64,000 nucleotides of DNA from Candidatus Parcubacteria bacterium (GTDB lineage Bacteria; Patescibacteriota; Minisyncoccia; UBA6257; HR35), in NCBI GenBank assembly GCA_026004535.1, contig BPJI01000001.1:324523-388522 (forward strand), in the 5' to 3' direction. Below are positions 20,007 through 29,464 of this stretch, one piece after another (position 1 is the stretch's first letter; each line of letters opens with the position of its first letter). The notes under the pieces were generated by a model. The model was given only the letters and a program-made list of their open reading frames with translations. It searched no databases and was not told the DNA's origin. Both the position numbers and the translations under genes were made by a program.

Positions 20007-21512
20007 ATGAATAAATTTTATTTATATCTTAACAAAGAGGATGAATTGGGAGAAATAATTGAAAAGATTAAAAGAGTGAAAGATAAAGAGATTATTTTAG
20101 TTGTTCCGGAAAAAACAAAAGCCTTATCTCATTCTACTAATTTTGAACTTTTTAAAAAAGAGATTCAAAGTTTAGATAAAAAAATTTATTTTAATACTGA
20201 TGACGAAAAGATAAAAAATTTAGCTAGACAAAATAAATTTCCAATCTTTTTAGAAGAAACAGAAGAAAGAATTTTTGATATTAAGCCACCTAAAAAAAAG
20301 AAAGAGTCCGAAGGAGAAATAACTTTTCAACCAACGAAGCCTAAATTAATATTTAATCTCAAAAAATTTTTCATCTATTTTTTAACATTATTTAGCTTAT
20401 CGATTTTAGGTTTTGTTGGTTTTCGACTTTTTCAAACACAAGCAGAAATAACGATTGAAACTCAAAAAACTCTTTATGATTTAAATGAAGTCATAACCTT
20501 AAAACAAGACCAGACTTTGCCGGATTATGAAAATAAGATTTTGCCTGCTAAATATTTTGAAGTAGATCTAATTAAAACAGAAACAATCAAAACAACTGGT
20601 CGAGTTTTTACTGATGAAAAACCTTATTTAAAAGTTATTTTTCTAAATTATTTAGAAAGAGAAATCCCATTAGTTGCTGGAACTAGGCTTAGTTTTGAGG
20701 GTAATCTCTTTAAAACAACAGAAAGAATAACTATTCCTTCGGCTAAAGATAATCAGCCTGGACAAAAATCTGTTTTAGCTTTACCAGTTAACTTAAAAGA
20801 TGAGACTTTGAAAATTAATAAGGGCGCTGATTTGAAAATTGTTGCCTGGGAAGAAAGTAGAGTAAAAACAGAGGATGGTAGTTTATTTATTGATGTTATT
20901 AAAGCTAAAGTCGAAGAAGATTATGATTATGGTGCTGTTACTAAAATTGGTTCAGTTGCGCCTCAGGATATAACTAATGTTAAATTAGCCCTAGAGGATT
21001 CATTGAAAAAAGCAGTTGCTAGTGATTTAGCCTTAAAAAATCCAGAGACATTTTATCTTTTCGAGCCAGATTTAGTTAACATAGAAATTACTAACATTTC
21101 ACATAATGTTGGAGATAAAACTGATCAGATTTCGGCAACTGGTAAAGCGACTTATGAGACAATGAAGACAAACAAAAAAGACTTTGATGATTTTGTTAAA
21201 AATTTGATTAATCAAGAAATTTTACGTCAAGAAAAAAAATTAATCATCAGTCAGTTAAGGATTGATAAAATTGAACTTTTAGATTTTGATGCTAAGAGAA
21301 AAATAATGACAATAGGTGTTAAGGGGCAAGCGATTTTGGTTCCTGATCTTGTTCCTGAGACTCTTAAAACAGCACTTCAAGGAAAAACAATTGAGGAAAC
21401 GAGGGATTATTTTAAGATTCCTGGTGTTGATAAAGTGACAATTAAAATTTTTCCTAATTGGAAAGAAAAATTACCCTCAGATCCTCAAAAAATTAAGATT
21501 GTCATAAAATAG
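20007..21512 (+). CDS. hypothetical protein (501 aa, one internal TM segment)
   Basis: Long uninterrupted ORF with ordinary codon usage. No motif recognised. Confidence 0.5.
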   Translation: MNKFYLYLNKEDELGEIIEKIKRVKDKEIILVVPEKTKALSHSTNFELFKKEIQSLDKKIYFNTDDEKIKNLARQNKFPIFLEETEERIFDIKPPKKKKESEGEITFQPTKPKLIFNLKKFFIYFLTLFSLSILGFVGFRLFQTQAEITIETQKTLYDLNEVITLKQDQTLPDYENKILPAKYFEVDLIKTETIKTTGRVFTDEKPYLKVIFLNYLEREIPLVAGTRLSFEGNLFKTTERITIPSAKDNQPGQKSVLALPVNLKDETLKINKGADLKIVAWEESRVKTEDGSLFIDVIKAKVEEDYDYGAVTKIGSVAPQDITNVKLALEDSLKKAVASDLALKNPETFYLFEPDLVNIEITNISHNVGDKTDQISATGKATYETMKTNKKDFDDFVKNLINQEILRQEKKLIISQLRIDKIELLDFDAKRKIMTIGVKGQAILVPDLVPETLKTALQGKTIEETRDYFKIPGVDKVTIKIFPNWKEKLPSDPQKIKIVIK

Positions 21513-21593
21513 AAATTGTGCTATAATTATAACAGCTTCATAGCTAACCAGCTTCGTAGCTTCTTTAGAATTTTTGGTCGGAGTTAGAAAAGA

Positions 21594-21929
21594 ATGAAAA
21601 AAATGGAAAAGCCTGTTTATCAAGTTGTTTTAGAAAACATTTTGTCAAGCTTAGTTAATAATCCTCAAGAAGTAAAGGTCCAAAGAATTATTGATGAGAT
21701 GGGCGTTCTTTTAAAAATTAAACTCCATCCTCAAGATATGGGCCTTGTTATTGGTCGTAATGGTGAAACAATTAAGGCTGTTAAAACAATTATTAAAGCG
21801 ATTGGAACCAAAAATCACGCTCGCGTTAATATCAAAATTGAAGAACCAACTCCTCTTGATCGAGCCGTCGCCCAAAAAACTCTTAAAAGTGGAGAAATAA
21901 TTGAAGAGCTCAAAAAAGAAATTTCATGA
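21594..21929 (+). CDS. KH-domain RNA-binding protein (KhpA/YlqC-like)
   Basis: …DMGLVIGRNGETIKAVKTIIKAI…; GxxG loop of a type II KH domain. Confidence 0.65.
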   Translation: MKKMEKPVYQVVLENILSSLVNNPQEVKVQRIIDEMGVLLKIKLHPQDMGLVIGRNGETIKAVKTIIKAIGTKNHARVNIKIEEPTPLDRAVAQKTLKSGEIIEELKKEIS

Positions 21930-23893
21930 CAGATTATCGAGCTGAGCATATTCAAGTTTTAGAAGGCATTGAAGCGGTCAGAAAAAGACCAGGAATGTAC
22001 ATTGGTGGTACAGGTCTTGATGGATTGCATCATTTAATTTGGGAAATTGTTGCTAATAGTGTTGATGAAGCTTTGGCCGGTTATGCTAAAAATATCGAGG
22101 TAGTAATTGAAAGCGAAAATCGAATTAGGATCAGCGATGATGGTCGAGGTATTCCTGTTGAGATTCACCCTAAAACAAAAAAATCTGCCCTAGAGACAGT
22201 CTTAACCATACTTCACGCTGGCGGAAAATTTGATCAGAAAATTTATAAATCAGCTGGCGGTCTTCATGGTGTTGGCGTTAGTGTTGTTAATGCTTTATCA
22301 AAATATTTAAAAGCAATTGTTAAAAGAGATGGCTATGTTTGGACGCAAGAATATAAACAGGGAAGAGCAATAACTGAACTCAAAAAAGGAAAACCAAGCA
22401 AAGAAACAGGAACAACAATAATTTTTGAACCTGACCCACAGATCTTTCCTGAAATTAAATGGGAAACAAAAAGAATTTTAGATTATCTTCGTCATCAAGC
22501 CTATTTAACCCCGGGTTTGAGAATTAATTTTATTGATGAAAGAAATAACTTTCGTTATAGTTTTTATTTTGAAAAGGGCTTACAATCATTTTTTGAACAT
22601 TTAATTTTAAATAAAAATCCAGTAATTCAAGATTATATTTACTTTAATGAAAAAGGAGAAAATTTTCAATTAGAAGTGGCTTTTACCTATTTAGAAAATA
22701 ATGAGATCAATGAATACTTTTTTACTAATAATATCTTAAACGCTGAGGGAGGGACTCACCAATTGGGTTTTCGTTCGGCGTTGGTGAAAATATTTAATAA
22801 AGTTGGTAGCGAGTTGGGATTGATTAAAGAAACAAGTGGTCTAACAATTAATAGTGAAGATATTCGTGGTGGTTTGATTGTGATTTTATCTTTGAAAATT
22901 CCTGAGCCTCAATTTGAAGGTCAAACAAAAGCTAAACTTGGCAATCCTGAAGCAAAAAACATAGTCGAAGATGTAGTGAGTAGAAATTTAGAAGAATATT
23001 TACATAAGAATCCTGATAAAGCAAAAACAATTTTAAATCGTGTACTTTTAAACACTCAGGCGAGAAAAGCTGCTAAAGCTGCTCGTGAGACAATTTTTAA
23101 AAAAAGAATTCAAGCTGGTCTTACCTTATCTGGTAAATTAGCAGATTGTTCTTCTCGTGATCCAGAAAAAAGAGAGTTATTTGTGGTTGAGGGTGATTCT
23201 GCTGGTGGTTCAGCTAAACAAGGCAGAAATAGAATTTTTCAAGCGGTTTTGCCCTTACGAGGAAAAATTTTGAATGTTGAAAAAGCTAATTTGGAAAAAA
23301 TTTTAAAATCTCAAGAAATAAAAAATTTAATTATTGCTTTGGGCACAGGTTTTGGTAAAGATTTTAATTTAGAAGGTTTAAGATATTCAAAAATAATTAT
23401 AGCCACTGATGCTGATTCTGATGGTAATCATATACGAACATTGCTTTTAACTTTATTTTATAGATATATGAGGCCATTAATTGAGCAAGGTTTTATTTAT
23501 ATTGCCCAACCACCATTATATAAAATTCAAGTTGGCAAAGAAATTTACTATGCTTATTCTGATGCTGAAAAAGACAAAATAATCGCAGACTTGACGCAGA
23601 CCAAACGCAGAACTTCGCAGACCAAACGCAAACAATTACAAACCTTAGAAACTCAGGCTGAAAATAAATCTATTAATATTGATGTTCAAAGATATAAAGG
23701 TTTAGGTGAAATGAATCCTGAAGAACTTTGGGAGACAACCTTAAATCCTGAAAAAAGGGTCTTAAAGAAAGTGACAATTGAAGATGCTGAGGAGGCGGAT
23801 AGATTATTTACAATTTTGATGGGTCAGGAAGTCGAACCACGAAAATTATTTATTGAAACTTATGCTCAGGAAGTTAAGAATCTTGATATATGA
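21926..23893 (+). CDS. gyrB: DNA gyrase subunit B
   Basis: GHKL ATPase (…EVVIESENRIRISDDGRGIPV…), TOPRIM …VEGDSAGGSAKQGR…, …LPLRGKILNVEKA…, C-terminal …KNLDI. Contains an in-frame repeat insertion at about 23584-23640. Confidence 0.9.
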   Translation: MTDYRAEHIQVLEGIEAVRKRPGMYIGGTGLDGLHHLIWEIVANSVDEALAGYAKNIEVVIESENRIRISDDGRGIPVEIHPKTKKSALETVLTILHAGGKFDQKIYKSAGGLHGVGVSVVNALSKYLKAIVKRDGYVWTQEYKQGRAITELKKGKPSKETGTTIIFEPDPQIFPEIKWETKRILDYLRHQAYLTPGLRINFIDERNNFRYSFYFEKGLQSFFEHLILNKNPVIQDYIYFNEKGENFQLEVAFTYLENNEINEYFFTNNILNAEGGTHQLGFRSALVKIFNKVGSELGLIKETSGLTINSEDIRGGLIVILSLKIPEPQFEGQTKAKLGNPEAKNIVEDVVSRNLEEYLHKNPDKAKTILNRVLLNTQARKAAKAARETIFKKRIQAGLTLSGKLADCSSRDPEKRELFVVEGDSAGGSAKQGRNRIFQAVLPLRGKILNVEKANLEKILKSQEIKNLIIALGTGFGKDFNLEGLRYSKIIIATDADSDGNHIRTLLLTLFYRYMRPLIEQGFIYIAQPPLYKIQVGKEIYYAYSDAEKDKIIADLTQTKRRTSQTKRKQLQTLETQAENKSINIDVQRYKGLGEMNPEELWETTLNPEKRVLKKVTIEDAEEADRLFTILMGQEVEPRKLFIETYAQEVKNLDI

Positions 23894-24425
23894 AAATTGG
23901 TTTGCGTTTGTTTTTTCGATCTTGATCACTTTTTTATTTTTTAAAAATATTTATCTAGCTTCATTTCTTTATTTTTTAGTTTTAACTTATTTTCTTGGTT
24001 CCTTGCCTCAAAGTTTATTTTTCAGCTTTGTCTTTCTACCTTTGATTTTTATCTTTAATCAACAAATTTCTTTGCCGTTAATTTCAACTTTAATTTTATT
24101 TCTGCTTATTTTTGGCTCGTTTAAAAAAACCAAATTTTTACCTTGGTTAATTGTAATTCTAATAACGCTTTTTCTTTTTTATTTTAATTTTTTAGAAAAA
24201 ATTAATTTACCCTTAACAATCTTTCTTTTTGTTCTGATTACTTTTTATTTTTCTCTTGTCTTTTTGCGCCTAGATGTTTTTACGGCCCTTATTTCTGCCC
24301 TCATTCTTTTAGAAGCTTCATTTTTGTTGCAATTTTTACCGGCATCTTTTTTTGTTAGAATTTTTATTATTTTACTTTTCTTGCTTCTGCTTTTAAAATT
24401 TGATATAATTAAAAAACTCCAATGA
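23853..24425 (+). CDS. hypothetical polytopic membrane protein
   Basis: 190-aa ORF of very hydrophobic, Phe/Leu-rich helices. Overlaps the gyrB 3' end by 41 nt. Confidence 0.4.
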   Translation: MKLMLRKLRILIYENWFAFVFSILITFLFFKNIYLASFLYFLVLTYFLGSLPQSLFFSFVFLPLIFIFNQQISLPLISTLILFLLIFGSFKKTKFLPWLIVILITLFLFYFNFLEKINLPLTIFLFVLITFYFSLVFLRLDVFTALISALILLEASFLLQFLPASFFVRIFIILLFLLLLLKFDIIKKLQ

Positions 24426-25012
24426 CAAATTTAGTACCAATAGTAATTGAAAAAACACAATATGGCGAGAGAGCCTATGATATTTATTCAAGACTTTTGA
24501 AAGAAAGAATTATTTTCTTAGGCACTCCAATTAATGACATTGTTGCCAATAGTATTATTGCTCAGCTTTTATATTTGGAGCATGAAGATCCAGGTAAAGA
24601 TATTCATTTTTACATTCATAGTCCTGGCGGTGAACTGCCGGCTGCTTTAGCGATTTATGATACAATGCAATTTATTAAATGTGAGATTCGAACAATTGGT
24701 ATTGGTTTAGTTGCTTCGGCTGCCTCAATTTTGTTAGCCGCCGGAACAAAGGGAAAAAGATTTGCTTTACCTAATACAGAGATTTTGCTTCATCAGGTAA
24801 TGGCTGGTCCAATTGGTGGTCAGGCAGTTGAAATTGAAATTGCTGCTAAGGAAATTGTTAAGTTAAAAGAAAAAGTTAATAAAATTTTAGCTGAGCATAC
24901 TGGTCAACCTTTAGAAAGAATTGAAAAAGATACAGATAGGGATTTTTGGCTTTCAGCTGAAGAAGCAAAAAATTATGGTTTGATTGATAAAATTTTAGTT
25001 AAGCGGGCGTAG
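24422..25012 (+). CDS. clpP: ATP-dependent Clp protease proteolytic subunit
   Basis: …[26 protein letters not shown]…HSPGG…[16 protein letters not shown]…. Confidence 0.9.
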   Translation: MTNLVPIVIEKTQYGERAYDIYSRLLKERIIFLGTPINDIVANSIIAQLLYLEHEDPGKDIHFYIHSPGGELPAALAIYDTMQFIKCEIRTIGIGLVASAASILLAAGTKGKRFALPNTEILLHQVMAGPIGGQAVEIEIAAKEIVKLKEKVNKILAEHTGQPLERIEKDTDRDFWLSAEEAKNYGLIDKILVKRA

Positions 25013-25077
25013 TTCAGCCAGGTTAGAACGCTGCCCTGTCACGGCAGAGGTCGCCGGTTCAAATCCGGTCGCCCGCG
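25003..25077 (+). tRNA. tRNA-Asp (anticodon GTC)
   Basis: GCGGGCG…CTGTCAC…GCCGGTTCAAATCCGGTCGCCCGC; overlaps the clpP stop codon by about 10 nt. Confidence 0.85.
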
Positions 25078-25758
25078 CTAAATAATTCTTTTTGATTGTT
25101 TTTTCCTCCACTCATCAATTAATTTATGATTTCCGGAAAGCAAAACTTTCGGCACTCTTAAAATCATTTCTTTTTTCTTGAATCTTGAATCATGTATCTT
25201 GATTCTTACTTCCTCCGGTCTTGTATAAACAGAATAAGAATACAATCCCTTGTCCCATCTTTTTTCTTCTAATGATAATGGATGATGCAATACTCCAGGT
25301 AAATGGCGGGAAACAGCATCAACAATGACCATTGCTGGCAATTCACCTCCAGTTAAAACATATTTGCCAATTGAAATTTTTAAATCAACAAATTTTTCAA
25401 TTCGAGCATCAATGCCTTCATAATGACCGCAAATAATAATCAATTGTTTTTCTTGGGCTAATTTCCGAGCTAAGTTTTGATTAAAAATTTCCCCAGCTGG
25501 ATGGGTTAAAATAATTTTTCTTTTCTTAGTTTTAGTTGCTTTTTTAGCTGCTTCTAAAGCTTTATAAACGGGTTCAAATTTAATCACCATTCCTGGCCCA
25601 CCACCATAGGGCTTATCATCCAGTCCATGAGGTTGGGAAAATTTTTTTAAATCAAAAAAGCTTATCTTGATAAGCTTTTTTTCTTGTGCCTTTTTTAAAA
25701 TTGATGTTTCTAAATAAGAGAAAGCTTCAGGAAAAAGAGTAATAATATCAAAAAACAT
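25078..25758 (-). CDS. trmD: tRNA (guanine37-N1)-methyltransferase
   Basis: MFFDIITLFPEAF…GGGPGMV… SPOUT core. Start taken at the internal Met; the longer ORF would overlap a tRNA-derived repeat. Confidence 0.85.
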   Translation of the reverse strand: MFFDIITLFPEAFSYLETSILKKAQEKKLIKISFFDLKKFSQPHGLDDKPYGGGPGMVIKFEPVYKALEAAKKATKTKKRKIILTHPAGEIFNQNLARKLAQEKQLIIICGHYEGIDARIEKFVDLKISIGKYVLTGGELPAMVIVDAVSRHLPGVLHHPLSLEEKRWDKGLYSYSVYTRPEEVRIKIHDSRFKKKEMILRVPKVLLSGNHKLIDEWRKKQSKRII

Positions 25759-25762
25759 CTTC

Positions 25763-25785
25763 TGCCGGGAGTGGGATTCGAATAC
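25763..25785. repeat. partial duplicate of the tRNA-Met 3' end (TGCCGGGAGTGGGATTCGAA)
   Basis: 20-nt exact match to 25888-25907, lying about 100 bp beyond the 3' end of the minus-strand tRNA-Met. Confidence 0.5.
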
Positions 25786-25886
25786 GGTAAACTCCACGCT
25801 TGTGGTAAGACATCGTTCTCTCGCTCTCGTTAATATTAAGTGCTATTTGTTCGCTGGTTTGTAGTGGGTTCTCATCCCACTCCACT

Positions 25887-25959
25887 TGCCGGGAGTGGGA
25901 TTCGAACCCACGACCTGGCGCTTATGAGACGCCCGCTCTAACCCCTGAGCTATCCCGGC
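25887..25959 (-). tRNA. tRNA-Met (anticodon CAT; elongator-type, could be tRNA-Ile2/lysidine)
   Basis: Reverse complement GCCGGGATAGCTCAGGGGTTAGAGCGGGCGTCTCATAAGCGCCAGGTCGTGGGTTCGAATCCCACTCCCGGCA. Confidence 0.85.
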
Positions 25960-26199
25960 TATTATATCTAATTATAACTTAAAAGTTTTTTAGTTAAATA
26001 TTTTCAAGTTAAAGAGCTCACAAGAACATAAAGTAAGACATACGATGTCTTACTATTAATAGATTAGTAAATTATAAATTATATTTTATAATAATAATAA
26101 TTTTATAATAATAATAAATTAAATAATAATGAATCAGGAAAAGTCGAGGTTAATAAATTTAATAAATATTTCGAACATAAGATGTCCGAATATTAAAAG

Positions 26200-27819
26200 A
26201 TGAAACTTCATAATTTTTACTTCCTACTTATTACTTCTTTTTTCGTCGCTATTCTTTTTTCTTCTTACTTTATAATTTTTCAACCATCTTATGCTTGGAT
26301 AAATCCATCCCAAAATCCACCCTTAGGAGGCGGAGTATTACAAACAGACACTTCTGGTTTAAAAATTGTCACCACAACTCAGATCACTTCAGGAAATTTT
26401 ACAGTCAACACCGGCAACGTCGGCATCGGGACGGCAAACCCAAATAGTAAACTTCAAATTGATGATCAATCTGCTTCTCATTATATTGGTCGTTATGATC
26501 CAACTTGTTGTGGATCTTCACAAATCCCAGCGAATCAATTTAGAGGTTTTACAGTATTTTGGAATACAGATTTAGCAATGTTTGGGTTAAGAGATTATGG
26601 AGGCGACAGAAAAGATGTGGTAATAAATAATGAACAAGGAGGGGATAATATTAGATTTCAAATCGCAGGTTCTGATGTAATGTTTATAAGAGGAAGTGAC
26701 GGCAACGTCGGCATCGGGACGACAGCACCAGGGGCAACTGCACGTAGCTTCAGGACTAATTGAAACTGGCACTAGAAGCGTAAAACAGTAATTAAATGTA
26801 GATTCTTGCGGAACAACAAGAGTTACAAGCGTTCTAATGGAATCTGGGCGCTGATTTAGTGGTGGATCGGGATGAATGGTTTATTGGTCGCAAGATAGAG
26901 ATGGCGGAGAAGCAAGCTTAGTTTAGAATGTCGGAACGATGCCAATGATCATATAGCTCTAATGCCTCCGGCAACGTCGGCATCGGGACGACGCATCCGT
27001 GAACAAAGTTGGATGTAGTAGGCTCGATCTAGAACTTAGCAGCTAGTCTCACTCTCTCAGCTATGGTTTGATTGGACAAACTCAAAGCTACGATTTACTT
27101 CGCTCAAGCAGATTACAATCCTGAGCAGTATTACTGGGTTGGTAGCTGAGTTAAATCAAATATGGCACAATAGGGTTATCTGGTGCAAGGAAGCTCTAGT
27201 GGACTTTTGACTTATAGACAGTGGTCTTCAGGAAAGATTGGACTCGGCAGGTGGATACATCAGTTAGCGTTCATGGTTCAAGTGGATAACTTATCTGGCA
27301 TGGATATAGCCAACTACTGGTTCTTGGAGGGAATTGGGCAAGATCTCTTCGATACAGCAAATGTAGGTAAAACATCTAGTTTCTGCAGAATAGATGGAAC
27401 TGGCGATTCCTATATTATGCGGCAACGTCGGCATCGGGACGACAGCACCAGGGTATAAATTAGATGTTGCTGGAGATGTGCATGGAACAAGTTTTCCTGT
27501 TTCTTCTGATATAAGATTTAAGACTAATCTTGAGAAATTAGATAATGTTTTAGCTAAATTAGAAAATATTAATGCTTATAAATTTGATTGGAATGAGTTG
27601 TATCAGAAATTGGGAAGAAGTGATAATCGCAGACATATTGGAGTAATTGCTCAAGAAATTGAAAAGGAATTTCCTGAATTAGTGAGTGAATGGGAGCAAG
27701 ATGGAGTAAAATATAAAGCAGTTGATTATTCAAGATTGACGGTAGTTTTGCTTGAAGCAATCAAAGAACAGCAAAAACAGATTGAGGAATTAAAAAGACA
27801 GCTTTCAGTTTTCAGGTAG
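26200..27819 (+). pseudogene. degenerate tail-fibre-like surface-protein gene: intact N-terminal fragment (26200-26763), frameshifted/stop-interrupted middle, intact S74-chaperone-domain tail (27394-27819)
   Basis: N-terminal signal plus GNVGIGT motifs. Four more copies of the GGCAACGTCGGCATCGGGACG 21-mer at 26413, 26701, 26970 and 27421. Stops between 26763 and 27394. C-terminus …IGVIAQEIEKEFPELV…YKAVDYSRLTVVLLEAIKEQQKQIEELKRQL. Confidence 0.5.
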
Positions 27820-27865
27820 TCGGGTTTCAGCTTCACGGCTTTTTAGGTTATAATTGAGGTGATGA

Positions 27866-28280
27866 AAAAGATAGAGCAGAAATTGAAGAAAAATATTTTA
27901 AGAATAATTGGTAAATATTTGGATTTAAAAAAATATAAAGTTTTCTTTTTTGGTTCAAGGGTGAGTGGGAATTTATAAGCTTGATATTGTTGATTTTAAA
28001 AGCGTGAGTAAAGATTTTTATAAAGTAGCAAAACAGAAAATTGAATTTATTAATAAATGACAAAGATTGATTCTTTAAAAAAACAATTTGAAAAATCTTT
28101 AAATCAGTTTGAAAAAGTTTTAAAGAAAAAGAAAACAGAATTTATTTGTGATTCAGCAATTAAAAGGTTTAAGAAATTTTTCAGTTCATCTTTATGACTA
28201 AAAATTTGCTGATGATTTGTATAAAAGATTGCCAAAAATTTTAGAGATGTTTAAAAAATTACAAAAAAGTTTAGAATAAT
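27866..28280 (+). pseudogene. remnants of a minimal nucleotidyltransferase / HEPN (HI0074-like) pair
   Basis: MKKIEQKLKKNILRIIGKYLDLKKYKVFFFGSRVSGNL* then MTKIDSLKKQFEKSLNQFEKVLKKKKTEFICDSAIKRFKK…*; multiple stops. Confidence 0.3.
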
Positions 28281-28289
28281 TAAATTGGT

Positions 28290-28440
28290 CAGGGTTAATT
28301 TGAAATACCGGATATTAGTTAACCAGATATTAACCAGATAATATTTATCTACCCTGATGTTAACCGGATAAGTTACCCGGATTATAACCAGATAATATCT
28401 GGTAGACATCAGGGTAATTCATCTGGTAGTAATCTGGGTA
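28290..28440. repeat. CCGGAT/CCAGAT-type periodic palindromic element
   Basis: …ataccggatattagttaaccagatattaaccagataat…; right half …atctggtagacatcagggtaattcatctggtagtaatctgggtag…. Confidence 0.6.
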
Positions 28441-28447
28441 GTACATA

Positions 28448-28969
28448 ATGAATCAGATAAATTGGAAGAGGGTTTGGGCCACGGTCGGAGTAGCTATGGG
28501 AGTATTAATTATCGGTTTTTTGGTTTGGTATTTATTTTCCAAGCCTTCACCAGTCGTTCAAAAACAAGAACAAAAATTACCCGGAGGATTGACAGCCGAA
28601 GATTTGAAAAAAATTCCAGTCCCTGAACCAGGAGAAAAAGTTGAACAAAAAGTTGCTGTTCCCAAAGAAGCTGTAAAAGCAGGCCCAGAAACTGAAAGTA
28701 AATTAAGAATTTTTGAAATTAAAGGAGAAAATGGAACAATTTCACCAGTAATGTTTCGTGCTTATCAAAATGATATTATTAATATAAAATTAACTGCAGT
28801 TGATAAGGATTATGAGTTAAGATTGGAAGGTTATAATCTTGAGGTTAAAGCACAAAAAGGAGAAACAAAAACAATTGAATTTCAAGTTCTCAATCCAGGA
28901 GTTTTTAATTTATATTGTTCGGAATGTAGAACAGAGAAAGTGGGAAATGTGATTGTGGTTCCGAGATAG
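28448..28969 (+). CDS. membrane-anchored exported protein, possible cupredoxin-like beta-sandwich C-terminal domain
   Basis: N-terminal TM (VWATVGVAMGVLIIGFLVWYLF). C-terminal …TIEFQVLNPGVFNLYCSECRTEKVGNVIVVP resembles a cupredoxin-like strand arrangement. Fold call is weak. Confidence 0.4.
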   Translation: MNQINWKRVWATVGVAMGVLIIGFLVWYLFSKPSPVVQKQEQKLPGGLTAEDLKKIPVPEPGEKVEQKVAVPKEAVKAGPETESKLRIFEIKGENGTISPVMFRAYQNDIINIKLTAVDKDYELRLEGYNLEVKAQKGETKTIEFQVLNPGVFNLYCSECRTEKVGNVIVVPR

Positions 28970-28994
28970 CTTTCAGGTAGTCAGCTTTCAGCTT

Positions 28995-29378
28995 TCAGGT
29001 TTCAGCTTTCAATTTTGAGATCATTTTATTTAGCATTTTCATTACATCTTTTAAAAGTAAATCCACCTTAGAGTAATCGATATTTTTTGTTTCTTTCAAT
29101 CTTTTGGCTATTTCTAAATGTGTTTCTAATTCAGCAGACGAGGCATAAGCAATTTTTAAAAATTGGACAAAGTCTCTTCTTGTTCTTCGAGATCGTCCTT
29201 CAGCTATATTGGCTGGAATAGAAACAGCCGCTCTCTTGATTTGGCTTACCAATCCATATATTTCTTCTTTAGGAAAATGTTTAGTTAGTTCATAAATTGC
29301 AATGACTAATTCAATAGCTTTTTGCCATACAAGTAAATCACGATAAGATAGAATTTGCCTGTCAGGAGTTTTTCTCAT
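28995..29378 (-). CDS. four-helix-bundle protein ('23S rRNA IVS protein' family), copy 2
   Basis: MRKTPDRQILSYRDLLVWQKAIELVIAIYELTKHFPKEEIYGLVSQIKRAAVSIPANIAEGRSRRTRRDF…. Confidence 0.7.
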   Translation of the reverse strand: MRKTPDRQILSYRDLLVWQKAIELVIAIYELTKHFPKEEIYGLVSQIKRAAVSIPANIAEGRSRRTRRDFVQFLKIAYASSAELETHLEIAKRLKETKNIDYSKVDLLLKDVMKMLNKMISKLKAET

Positions 29379-29464
29379 ATAATAATTTTATCAAAAATAT
29401 TTCACTGAAAGCTGACAGCTAATTAATTATATGAAAGCTGACAGCTAATTCCCTGAAAGCTAGG

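Noticed and set aside
23584-23640. Intein or intron in gyrB, pyrG, mnmA or rgy to explain the inserted segments
   Set aside because: The insertions are 10-45 codons of low-complexity repeat-derived sequence without intein splicing motifs (no Cys/Ser…His-Asn blocks) or group I/II intron structure.
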